From positions 1 to 64,000 of the forward strand of contig NIVC01000227.1 in NCBI GenBank assembly GCA_002269645.1: DNA of 64,000 nucleotides, read 5' to 3'. A model generated the notes under the pieces. That model saw nothing but the letters and a program-made list of their open reading frames with translations, was not told the origin of the DNA and ran no database searches. Made by a program: the position numbers and the translations under genes. Of the stretch, positions 13,753-26,991 are shown one piece after another (the stretch's first letter is position 1; every line of letters begins with the position of its first letter). The DNA comes from Macrostomum lignano. Its lineage: Eukaryota.

Positions 13753-15360
13753 CCTGAAGCATCAGGGAGGGGCCTGAAGCATCAAGAAAATCCCACCCGA
13801 AGCATCAAGGAGATCCCACCCGAAACATCAAGGAGATCCCACTTGAAGCATTAAGGAGATCCCACCTGAAGCATCAAGGAGATCCCACCTGAAGCATCAA
13901 GGAGATCCCACTTGAAGCATCAAGGAGATCCCACCTGAAGCATTAAGATCCCACCTGAAGCATCAAGATCCCACCTGAAGCATCAAGCAGATCCCACCTG
14001 AAGCATCAAGGAGATCCCACCTGAAGCATCAAGGAGATCCCACCTGAAGCATCAAGATCCCACCTGAAGCATCAAGCAGATCCCACCTGAAGCATCAAGG
14101 AGATCCCACCTGAAGCATCAAGGAGATCCCACCTGAAGCATCAAGATCCCACCTGAAGCATCAAGCAGATCCCACCTGAAGCATCAAGGAGATCCCACCT
14201 GAAGCATCAAGATCCCACCTGAAGCATCAAGCAGATCCCACCTGAAGCATCAAGGAGATCCCACCTGAAGCATCAAGGAGATCCCACCTGAAGCATCAAG
14301 ATCCCACCTGAAGCATCAAGCAGATCCCACCTGAAGCATCAAGGAGATCCCACCTGAAGCATCAAGATCCCACCTGAAGCATCAAGCAGATCCCACCTGA
14401 AGCATCAAGGAGATCCCACCTGAAGCATCAAGGAGATCCCACCTGAAGCATCAAGATCCCACCTGAAGCATCAAGCAGATCCCACCTGAAGCATCAAGGA
14501 GATCCCACCTGAAGCATCAAGGAGATCCCACCTGAAGCATCAAGATCCCACCTGAAGCATCAAGCAGATCCCACCTGAAGCATCAAGGAGATCCCACCTG
14601 AAGCATCAAGGAGATCCCACCTGAAGCATCAAGATCCCACCTGAAGCATCAAGCAGATCCCACCTGAAGCATCAAGGAGATCCCACCTGAAGCATCAAGA
14701 TCCCACCTGAAGCATCAAGCAGATCCCACCTGAAGCATCAAGGAGATCCCACCTGAAGCATCAAGGAGATCCCACCTGAAGCATCAAGATCCCACCTGAA
14801 GCATCAAGCAGATCCCACCTGAAGCATCAAGGAGATCCCACCTGAAGCATCAAGGAGATCCCACCTGAAGCATCAAGATCCCACCTGAAGCATCAAGATC
14901 CCACCTGAAGCATCAAGATCCCACCTGAAGCATCAAGGAAGGGCCTGAAGCATCAGACAGGGGTCATCCAATAGCATCAGGGGGGGGCCATCCGATAGCA
15001 TCAGGGAGGGGCCATCCGATAGCATCAGGGAGGGGCCATCCGATAGCATCAGGGAGGGGTCATCCGATAGCATCAGGGAGGGGTCATCCGATAGCATCAG
15101 GGAGGGGTCATCCGATAGCATCAGGGAGGGGTCATCCGATAGCATCAGGGAGGCGCCATCCGATAGCATCAGGGAGGCGCCATCCGATAGCATCAGGGAG
15201 GGGTCATCCGATAGCATCAGGGAGGGGTCATCCGATAGCATCAGGGAGGGGTCATCCGATAGCATCAGGGAGGGGTCATCCGATAGCATCAGGGAGGGGT
15301 CATCCGATAGCATCAGGGAGGCGCCATCCGATAGCATCAGGGAGGCGCCATCCGATAGCG
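13753..15360. repeat. Two abutting minisatellites downstream of the BORCS6 stop codon
   Basis: 13753-14950: GAAGCATCAAGGAGATCCCACCT (23 bp) with 20-bp and GCA variants in higher-order order. 14951-15360: GATAGCATCAGGGAGGGGTCATCC (24 bp). Both share an AGCATCA core. Confidence 0.93.
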
Positions 15361-15366
15361 CACAGC

Positions 15367-17121
15367 TCAATGCAGAGAGGCCTCTAACCGATCAAGAACT
15401 CTCTTCACATTGTCAACATCGTGCTTGAGCTGGTGCACAGAGCTCATGGCGCTGGCCACTTCTTCGCACCTGGCCATCAGAGCGTACATATGCCGGATGG
15501 CAGTCTCCACAGTGTCGCAGGCGGAATCAACCGACTGTTTGTGCAGCCGCGAGTGCTGAGCAGTGATGCCGCAGGCGGCTTGAAGTCCGGCACGAAGCGA
15601 GGCGGTGAGGTGGATCAGCTGATCGGATAAACGCCTGGCGTGGGTCTCCAAGTCCGCGAGGGCGTGAGGATCGATCTCTGGGATATCGTCGGGGGTCACC
15701 TAATGGAAGGGAAGGTCACAGAAAGGTCAAATTTTAGCAAACCATTCATAAAAATATGCCTTCCGAGTCTTCTTATAATTTTTACAATACACGTTACAGC
15801 CTACTAAAAGTGGGCAGGTAGTGAACATGGCGTCTATACAATGAATGCCGTTTTAAAGGTAAACTTTTTTCAGTGTCAAAATTAAAAAGCCTCGTCTCAT
15901 CTACCTGTCTCACCCTATCTAATCTCTCTGTCTCACTTCATCTCATCTCCCTGTCTCACCAATCTTATCTCCCTGTTTGACTCCTCTAATCCCCCTGTCT
16001 CACCGCAACTCATCTCCCTGTTTGACCCCATCTTATCTCCCTATCTCACAGCATCTTATCTCTGTCTCACCGCATCTTATCCCTGTCTCACCGCATCTTA
16101 TCCCTGTCTCACCGCATCTTATCTCTGTCTCACCGCATCTTATCTCTGTCTCACCCTATCTAATCTCCCTGTCTCACCCTATCTAATCCTCCTGTCTCAA
16201 CCTATCTAATCCTCCTGTCTCAACCTATCTAATCCCCCTGTCTCACCCTATCTAATCCCCTGTCTCACCCTATCTAATCTCCCTGTCTCACCCTATATAA
16301 TCCCCCTGTCTCACCCTATCTAATCTCCCTGTCTCACCCTATATAATCCCCCTGTCTCACCCTATCTAATCTCCCTGTCTCACCCCATCTCATCTCCCTG
16401 TCTCACCAAATCTTATCTCTGTCTCACCGCATCTCATCTCTGTCTCACCCTATCTTATCTCCCTGTCTCACCCCATCTCATCTCCCTGTTTGACCCCGTA
16501 TCTCTGTCAGTCTGCCTCACACTCCACCTTTGTAACTTGCTTGCACATAGCATTTAATTTCGTTTAAAGTCTTTAGGATCTCTCATCAAAAACTTTCTGC
16601 TGTTGGTTCAAAAAAATTCAAACAGCCTACTCGCAGTAGCTTATCAAGTTTGGCAATGCAGAAAAAGGCAAAACAACAGGCAGCGCCCTACCCACCTGAG
16701 CCAGCAGTCCAATAGGATAGCTGGTGCTTCTGCTCACTCCCACGCCGGGTGCACCAGCCACCGCACTGCCACCTGCGCCATAATTTGATGACGAGGCCCA
16801 GCTGCTGATGGAGGAACCGCTGATTGAAGACTTCACCGCGCTTGCTGCACGAATCCTTGCTACAAAATCGTCTGCAACAAATTCTAATTGCTGCTTCTGT
16901 TGTTGCTGCTTTTGCAACTGCAATTGCTGTTGCTGCTCCTGCTGAGGAGAATCCTCATCTGGCAGACTCGGAGCCTGCGGCTGCTGAGAATCATCTGAGT
17001 TGGACCTGCACGGCTCAGTGGATTCGTCATCATCTTCATCATTTGGATTGCTCAAATTGTCTGTGAATTCCACCGGCTTGGATGGCTCTTCCGAATTTAA
17101 ACTTTCCCCATTGTCTGCCAT
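15367..17121 (-). CDS. BORCS6: BLOC-1-related complex subunit 6 (BORCS6/lyspersin), 2 exons
   Basis: Exon 1 17121-16696 is low-complexity acidic/polyQ and ends CAG|GT. Exon 2 15699-15367 follows TAG|. The C-terminal segment IPEIDPHALADLETHARRL...MYALMARCEEV...VKRVLDRLE matches the recalled BORCS6 conserved domain. Confidence 0.85.
15890..16510. repeat. 21-23 bp CT-rich minisatellite (TGTCTCACC core) in the BORCS6 intron
   Basis: Unit CCCTGTCTCACCCTATCTAATCT and variants. Confidence 0.9.
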
Positions 17122-17595
17122 GATACTTTCAAGTTTTAAAAAATTATTTGATGTGTTTAGAATAGCTTGTACATCAAAGTTAATTTTTTTTAAATTATTA
17201 CACTTCATTTGCAAAAGGCTAATACTAAAGCTAAAAAAATATACTTTCATTTCATGTAGCAGCTCAAAGTTCAGTTAAAGGCAGATTATTGTGCACACCC
17301 TGGCATACTTTAAATTGGCACTGTCACATAACTGGCAAGAAACATGCAAATATATATGCAACTGTTGTGTATATGGTATATCAACATATACAGAATATAT
17401 AGCAGCCTTAACCTTATTTATCATTAGTAATAATGAATAATAATTGATTACACCTGCCCCAATTGGGCTAGATGTGCAACTGACAGCTTAGCTGCAGCTA
17501 TTGCATGGCACATCTGACAGTAATATACAGAGCTCTGCTTAGTCTATGTACTACTAGGTTGCCAAACAGCCTCAATTATCCCAGTTAATGCTAGC

Positions 17596-17700
17596 ACCCA
17601 TTTTACAGCTGGGTAAACTGAAAAAAATGCAGAGGTAAGTGTCTTACTCAAGGATACAAATTGTTCATGTGGGATTAGAAATTGAACCTTTGACCTTCAA
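17596..17700 (+). mobile_element. Degenerate CORE-SINE/MIR-like or L2-tail fragment
   Basis: CCCATTTTACAGCTGGGTAAACTG...AGAGGTAAGTGTCTTACTCAAGGATACA...GAACC resembles the recalled MIR/L2 3' segment CCCATTTTACAGATGAGGAAACTG...AGAGGTTAAGTGACTTGCCCAAGGTCACA. Confidence 0.55.
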
Positions 17701-18729
17701 ATCATATGTTGACACTAACTACTAGGCACTAACTGTAGCCATAAACATTGCCATAATGCCATGCTTTGTACTACACTAATACACAAGTATATTATTGCTT
17801 ATCTTTTTATTTTCTCTACTCTAGCATACTTGACCAACTGCCTATATTATTTATATATTAATTAATTTATAAAATTTATTTTTTTAAACCTATTTAATTA
17901 AATATTATAAAAATCTAATAAAAATTGTGATAAATTATTGAACAAGTAGACTTATTAAGCCAAGAAAATAGATCCAATCAATAGAAAAAATTCTCTCAAT
18001 AAATTCTCATGTAATGTCTAATGATATTGAAATAATGTATGAATGCTACAAATATTACAAGTAAAATTGTATTTTGAAGTTAAAATAAAAACATTACCAA
18101 AAAACATGACTATAAATCCCTTCTGCTCTCCCAGACTTGCTACTCCTCAGTTTTTTTTGTTCAGAAGTCTCTGACTTTAGAACTTATAAGTACATTAGCG
18201 TATTTTCAAATTAGACCTAGCATATCAGGCCTATTGACTAATCGACAAAATATTAAATAATTAAGATTTTTTAAACAATATACTACTTTCCATCAAATCT
18301 GTTGTTTATAGACCCGACTAGTTATGCTATGCTAGTCTGTTCCAAATGATAAAAGTTTTGACGCACGTAGAAAAAATGAAATAATAACTTGATTACCCAC
18401 TTGACTTTATACCACGTTACAGGTACCTAATTACAATATAAATTCCTGGATTCTAAAGAAATCGAATGTAATAATTTTTTCTCGCAGTGTAAAACTACAG
18501 TAAGGTAAGTGTCACATGATAATTTAGAAAACTAAAAATCTTGCATACATACGGATGTACGACTTTTTAACATTTATATTTGACTGCAATAGTTAATAAA
18601 AAGTTAACAATTTTGTTTAAAATTGTTGCATTTGGTACATCACGATAACGGTGTCACGTGCGAACTACAACTAGCGCTAGCACCCGATGTAGAGGCCGCC
18701 TGCAGGTGGCAAGTACCCCACAGAGCAGC

Positions 18730-19030
18730 TGCTCACCGGTGGAACATACCATTAACAGTGCAAATCGTGTCGTTACGACAAATACTTGTGATGTCAATTC
18801 CAAGGAACCCCGAGACGTCACCCTTTTGTGCCAGCCGATTAGGCGGTAATTTGCAGTATTTGATGTTGTTATGAACTAAGAGTACCAACACTCCACCTTC
18901 TGAGCCAGAGGACCGATCTCGTCGCACCGTGTTGTAGCCAGCCTTAATATAGTCGGCATTTTATGGGTGACGCGAAGTTAGATTTTTTGGATACCACGGA
19001 GACTGAGTTGGATGGGGGATCAGATACATT
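18730..19030 (-). mobile_element. Degenerate non-LTR retrotransposon APE endonuclease fragment
   Basis: Translation GYNTVRRDRSSGSEGGVLVLLVHNNIKY fits the GY..RRDR...GGV..LV motif of LINE endonucleases. A disrupted GIQKI (QET-like) lies upstream. Stops and frameshifts are present. Confidence 0.6.
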
Positions 19031-20162
19031 TGAAACTCCAGGAGTTGACGCCTCCACCACCTTGTAGGCAGATCTCTTTAGATGGCGGCGGGCCACGTGA
19101 TCTGGGCCAAAGGGCTATACGACTGCCCCCTATCTGTTCAGGACGTCCTGCTGCTCACCTCCCAACTGGAAAAGTTACGCAAAATTTACGTTAAAATTAC
19201 GTTAAATATCAACAAAACTTTGGTAGAATATACGTAGATATTTTACGTAGATTTCACGTTGAAAGTGTCGCGTGAAAATGCTTTAAATCTACGTATCTGA
19301 TTTTACGAATTACGTATTATCTACGCAGAAGATTAACGTCCTAAAACAGCTTAACTAGCTCGTAATAGTAATATAATCGTCAGGTTCTAATTAGATTTTA
19401 AACCACAAACCATTGGTGCATATTTTTCTCACCACTTAACTTCTTCGGGCAAGTTCCAGCCACGCGCGTTCCGCCGCCTCCGCTTGCAGCCCACAAGGGC
19501 CCATTACATCCACAATATGGTGTATAACGTAACTTCTACATGGCATATTTTTTGTAGTCCATGTACATGGTTAAAATTTTCATTTATTTTTCCACGATTT
19601 TATGTAAAAATTGAATGCACATGTACATGTTACACAATCCAACGATTCTGCAAATGATCCACAGTTCTGCAAAGAAACCCTGCTCATGCCTTCTCTGAGT
19701 GCAGTAACCATGCATGCTGTCACCTCTATTGCGAGTTTGAGCTCACATTTATGATACCCCTATTTTTCATGAAAAACACGGTAGCTATCGGAATTAGCGA
19801 TAATTGAGCTCTGTTTACAGAAGCGCCGGGCGCTTGCATGTGAAATACACGCTCGTCCGATTCCAGGAACTAAAAGCATGGTAAACCTCCTCGTATTCCT
19901 GCCAAGCTTGCTGAGTTTCCATTTGCCTATCAAAACCTTGCTCACCGGGGATCTGCTCACATCCATCGAGGATGCATCGCTCAAACAAAAAAATCTGTCA
20001 GTCAAATATTTGCTTCTTGTGGAAGTCGCCCAGCATCTGGCAGATGCAATTTTTTCTGTAGTAAATAAAACCGCGAGTTCCCTACCACCTGTTTTTTCCT
20101 CACTGCATTTGTGCAGAAATCCCAGCTAGCAAAATCCAACTAATTGGTATAAACTGGCCACC

Positions 20163-21795
<1,633 letters not shown>

Positions 21796-21859
21796 GACGG
21801 GGGTAGGTGGGGAGTGGGCCAGGAGTGGGTCGGGAGTTAGTAAGGTTTTGGGTCGGGAG

Positions 21860-22740
21860 TGAGTCAGGAATGGCCCGGAACTGAATCAGGAATGGGTCGG
21901 CACTGAGTCAGGAATGGGTCGGCACTGAGTCAGGAATAGGTCGGGACTGGGTCAAAAAATGGGTCAGGACTGAGTCAGGAATGGGTCGGGACTAAGTCAG
22001 GAATGGGTCAGAACTGGTTTAGGAATGGGTCGGGACTGGGTCAGGAATGGGTCAGGACTGAGTCAGGAATGGGTCAAAACTGAGTCAGGAATGGGTCGGG
22101 ACTGGGTTAGGAATGGGTCGGGACTGAGTCAGGAATGGGTCGGGACTGGGTTAGGAATGGGTCGGGACTGAGTCAGGAATGGGTCGGGACTGAGTCAGGA
22201 ATGGGTCGGGACTAAGTCAGGAATGGGTCGGGACTGGGTCAGGACTGAGTCAGGAATGGATCGGGACTGGGTTAGGAATGAGTCAAGACTGAGTCAGGAA
22301 TGGGTCAGGACTGGGTTAGGAATGGGTCGGGACTGAGTCAGGAATGGGTCGGGACTGAGTCAGGAATGGGTCAGGACTGAGTCAGGAATGGGTCGGTACT
22401 GAGTCAGGAATGGGTCGATACTGAGTCAGGAATGGGTCAGGACTGAGTCAGGAATGGGTCGGTACCGAGTCAGGAATGGGTCGGTACTGAGTCAGGAATG
22501 GGTCGGTACTGAGTCAGGAATGGGTCGGGATTGAGTCAGGAATGGGTCGGTACTGAGTCAGGAATGGGTCGGTACTGAGTCAGGAATGGGTCGGGATTGA
22601 GTCAGGACTGGATCGGGACTGAGTCAGGAATGGCCCGAAACTGAATCAGGAATGGGTCGGTACTGAGTCAGGAATGGGTCAGGACTGAGTCAGGAATGGG
22701 TCAGGACTAATTCGGGAATGGGTCGGTACTGAGTCAGGAT
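21860..22740. repeat. 22-bp minisatellite between convergent 3' ends
   Basis: Unit GGGACTGAGTCAGGAATGGGTC; starts about 65 bp after the lectin-like gene stop codon. Confidence 0.93.
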
Positions 22741-23115
22741 CACGAGTTAAGTATAGGATCAAGATTGCTTAGTAAGCAATAAAGCAGAACACACATGCTT
22801 TAATTAGATGAGGTGTCAAACGCAGTTTTAATTTATTAATCAAGAGCTGATATCAAACTTAAACTAAATAAATGAAGGCGTGTACACGTATCTTCTATTG
22901 TTGTTTAGTTAAACATGTACGAGCATTAATAAAAAGATTAATTATTAAATATAGTAGTGACCAGAAATCCTTGGCAGTCAGTCCATTCAATGGCTTCTCT
23001 TTAGCAAGTGTTGCATACACAGACAGCTCTGTTCGTCTCGAAGTACATTGGAGTCCTGCAAATTTACGCATATATAATATTTTGTTAATGTTCTCAAATT
23101 AAAACAAGCCATTTT

Positions 23116-24660
23116 TCAAGGTGCAAATGTCCAGGCCTTCGTGTCCAGGTGCAAATCCTTCTGCATCAGGTTGGTCCACCTCTTAGCGATGAAACCGATC
23201 ACCTGGTCGTCATCCTTCGACTTCACCTGCATCATTTAAAGCGAGTCATTGCTTGTTTGACCTCCTGACCCATCATGCCAGATCTCTGACCCACCAAGAC
23301 CCACCAACCAGCTCTCTAACCCATCAACCAGATCCCTGACCCATCAACCAGATCTTGACCCATCAACCAGATCCCTGACCCATCAACCAGATCCCTGAAC
23401 CACCAACCAGATCCCTGATCCATCAACCAGATCCTGACCCATCAACCAGATCCCTGCTGACCCAACAACCAGATCCCTGACCCATCAACCAGATCCCTGA
23501 CCCACCAACCAGATCTCTAACCCATCAACCAGATCCTGACCCATCAACCAGATTCCTGACCCATCAACCAGATATCTTACCCACCAACCAGATCCCTGAC
23601 CCACCAACCAGATCCCTGACCCACCAACCAGATCCCTGACCCACCAACCAGATTCCTGACCCATCAACCAGATATCTTACCCACCAACCAGATCCCTGAC
23701 TCATCAATCTGATCACTGGCTTACCAATTTAAGAATACTGACCTACTAAGTTATTAATGTTGATCCAGAAACATGAAGATGATTCACCGAGAACGGGATT
23801 TCAGCCCCGGAGCATTGGCAGTTGCAATAGCGAGTCCCAGTCAGGTACAGCACGGTGTCGCCATCCTTGTCCTCGATGGCGTACTTCACCATGCAGCAGC
23901 TGTGAATCTGCCGCACCTTGCCGCGGCTTTGCGACCGGGCGGGGCCTCCACCGTGACCGTGTCGAAGCAGCACTGCAGTAGACGCTGCACTTCAGTGGCA
24001 CTGGCAGCGGTGGGGCCCGCTGACGTGGATCACCTCCTGACCATTGCAGTCTTCCACGGACATGTCGAATGCTCGCTGATTACCGCAGTACATGCGCTCG
24101 TAGTCTTCAAAGTCTGCGGCGCGTCGGTGAGGTGTCTTGAGTCAATGGGTCAATGTGGGACAATGTGAGTCAATTCGGGTCGATGAATCGAAATACATCG
24201 TTGGGTCGATCGGGTCAAAGTGAGTCAATGGGTCAAATTTAGTCAATCAGTCAAGATAGGTCACGGTGAGTCAATGAGTCGAGATGAGTCAGTGGTTCAA
24301 AGTGGGTCGATCGGGTTAAATTCAGTCAATGGATCAAGATGGTTCAATGGATCAAGGTGAGTCAATTGGTTAAAGTGAGTCAATGGGTCAACATGGGTCA
24401 ATAGGTCTCCCTCTTGTCTGAAGACTAGTAGTGCAGAGCACGAGCAAGTACTTACGCTCTTTAGCAGTGTAGATCTGCTGGCTTCTTGATCACGTATTTG
24501 TCTGTTTGCTCCACCCTTGTCAGAGTTTCCAGGTAATCGATTTTCTGGTTTATAGCATCACCTGATCGAGCGGCAGCAGGTACTGGAGACCGGGCGGGCA
24601 GCCGCTGTCATCGCTGGTTTTCGGCATCCAGACCACCGGCTGCTTCTCCTGCTCCTCCTG
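23116..24660 (-). pseudogene. Phospholipid scramblase pseudogene (tandem paralog of 26992-31995)
   Basis: Homologous segments WMPKTSDDSGCPPGLQYL, CGNQRAF, CCFDTVTVEAPPG, IEDKDGDTVLY and KRWTNLMQ. Premature TAA at about 24550, several frameshifts, and loss of the FTDADNFG segment. Exons approximately 24660-24456, 24113-23788 and 23226-23116. Confidence 0.85.
23260..23710. repeat. About 20-bp minisatellite in a scramblase pseudogene intron
   Basis: Unit ACCAGATCCCTGACCCATCA and variants. Confidence 0.9.
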
Positions 24661-24794
24661 AAGGTACTGCACCAGTACCAGTGCAAAATAGTACCAGTGC
24701 AGAAAAGGTGAAGGACACTTGCTAGCAACCTAATTTTGGATAGAAATGCAGAGCTAGATAAATTACTTAAGCCTACTCGAAACAAAGGACGCGC

Positions 24795-25170
24795 CACCTC
24801 AGAGGCGCCATCTTAGAGCGCCACCTTAGGAGCGCCACCTTAAGAGCGCCACTTTAGGAGCGCCATCTTAGAGCGCCATCTTAGGAGCGCCACCTTAGGA
24901 GCGCCACCTTAGGAGCGCCAGCACCAAGGGGCGCCAGCACCAAGGGGCGCCAGCACCAAGGGGCGCCAGCACCAAGGGGCGCCAGCACCAAGGGGCGCCA
25001 GCACCAAGGGGCGCCAGCACCAAGGGGCGCCAGCACCAAGGGGCGCCAGCACCAAGGGGCGCCAGCACCAAGGGGCGCCAGCACCAAGGGGCGCCAGCAC
25101 CAAGGGGCGCCAGCACCAAGGGGCGCCAGCACCAAGGGGCGCCAGCACCAAGGAGCGCCAGCACCAAGTT
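24795..25170. repeat. 16-bp GC-rich minisatellite
   Basis: Unit GGCGCCAGCACCAAGG, preceded by AGGAGCGCCACCTT variants. Confidence 0.92.
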
Positions 25171-25699
25171 GTGCACAGGGTCGACAAGCCTGCCGTGAAG
25201 GGAGCGCCATAATTTTTGTCAGCTCTTTGGAGTGAGGGGGGCGGCGGCCCTCCGCCACCGTGGCTACGCCCATGACTACGAGCTATGAAAAAACTGCTTC
25301 ATCTATTCCGATGAAGCAGCCAGACTCTTCATAGTCTTTCCCTAGCGGTGCAGCTGCGAAATGAATGGCAGGAAAGGAGATGCAATTAGAGCTGCAGTTG
25401 TCGCTTTTCTACCAAGCCGAAGCCCAGTGGGGTGCAGCGCGAACTAAAAATGAATTTAAAAATAGCTTTCTTCAGCCCAAAAAACGCTCACTGTCTGTCA
25501 GCCGTTGCAGCCTCTTCAAGGTTTATTATTCTCATCAAACGGTCAAGTATCCAAAGCTTTGAATTAATCTCTGTCTGCTTATTCAAGTCTCATTTTATTT
25601 TCAGCAGCAAATTGCGCACGCCGTCAACAGTATGTTTATTTTTAGCTGGCATTTTTGCTAACACGAGACAGTTGACCCCAACCAGTTTTATGGACTTAG

Positions 25700-25736
<37 letters not shown>

Positions 25737-25994
25737 CGCGACTGAAGTGGAAGCACGCAAAGCTGGATTTTCTTAGAAACCAGCTGAAAGTAGGTATGGA
25801 ACGGCATAGTTGTCGAGAAATCCGAAAAATCGGATTTTTATCGGCGGACGGTGAACCCGCATTCCATCTCTCGCGTCTCCTCTGTTCTCTCATCAATAAT
25901 CGTCTATTCTACTTGGCGTCATGACCGACTACTTGAAGTAGCTGAAATTGCATCCAGCTGGAGTTAGCGTTGTAGACGTGTGTCTTAGATGTTA

Positions 25995-26545
25995 GACAGC
26001 ATGTCTAACAGGGTGACAGCATGTCTAACAGGGTGACAACAGCATGTCTAACAGGGTGACAACAGCATGTCTAACAGGGTGACAACAGCATGTCTAACAG
26101 GGTGACAACAGCATGTCTAACAGGGTGACAACAGCATGTCTAACAGGGTGACAACAGCATGTCTAACAGGGTGACAACAGCATGTCTAACAGGGTGACAA
26201 CAGCATGTCTAACAGGGTGACAACAGCATGTCTAACAGGGTGACAAAAGCATGTCTAACAGGGTGACAACAGCATGTCTAACAGGGTGACAACAGCATGT
26301 CCAACAGGGTGACAACAGCATGTCTAACAGGGTGACAACAGCATGTCCAACAGGGTGACAACAGCATGTCTAACAGGGTGACAACAGCATGTCTAACAGG
26401 GTGACAACAGCATGTCTAACAGGGTGACAACAGCATGTCTAACAGGGTGACAACAGCATGTCTAACAGGGTGACAACAGCATGTCTAACAGGGTGACAAC
26501 AGCATGTCCAACAGGGAGACAACAGCATGTCTAGCAGGGTGACGA
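25995..26545. repeat. 23-bp minisatellite (TGTCTAACAG core)
   Basis: Unit GCATGTCTAACAGGGTGACAACA. Confidence 0.94.
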
Positions 26546-26991
26546 CCTCAGGGTGACGCCGTAGCCGAGAGGGCGTTGCGCCAGGGTGCCCTCAGCCTCA
26601 TGAGGTTATTATTAAAGTTATTATTATTAATTACTACTACTACTATTAAGTATTCATATTGTTCTTATAATTATAAATTCTCTGGGTCTGCAGCTTTCAG
26701 TGAAATTATCGAACTCAAAAATTACGCTGGTAGTTAGGAAAAAACCAATCAGCTGAACATTGAAAAAGCCAATAAAAAATTTCGATTTGCTCTAAAATTT
26801 TTGTAGCCACTTCTTTTTATTTCCGCGAACAGTCGAAAAATAACAATTATAACAGTTCAGAAGTTCCACTGATTTAGCATTGCAAAGGGTGTACATTGCT
26901 GATAAATAGGACAGTTCAATAAAACAAATCTGAGCTTAAAAGAATCAGGTGTAAGGTGTTTTGAGCAGTCAAATTTCAGTTGCTCAAGCAA

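Noticed and set aside
17122-17250. Upstream extension of BORCS6 (MKVYFF...) in the ORF track
   Set aside because: AT-rich and UTR-like; MADNGES at 17121 is the more plausible start.
19150-19350. ACGT-rich, partly self-complementary tract
   Set aside because: No clear termini or TSD, so it cannot be assigned as a MITE or regulatory cluster.
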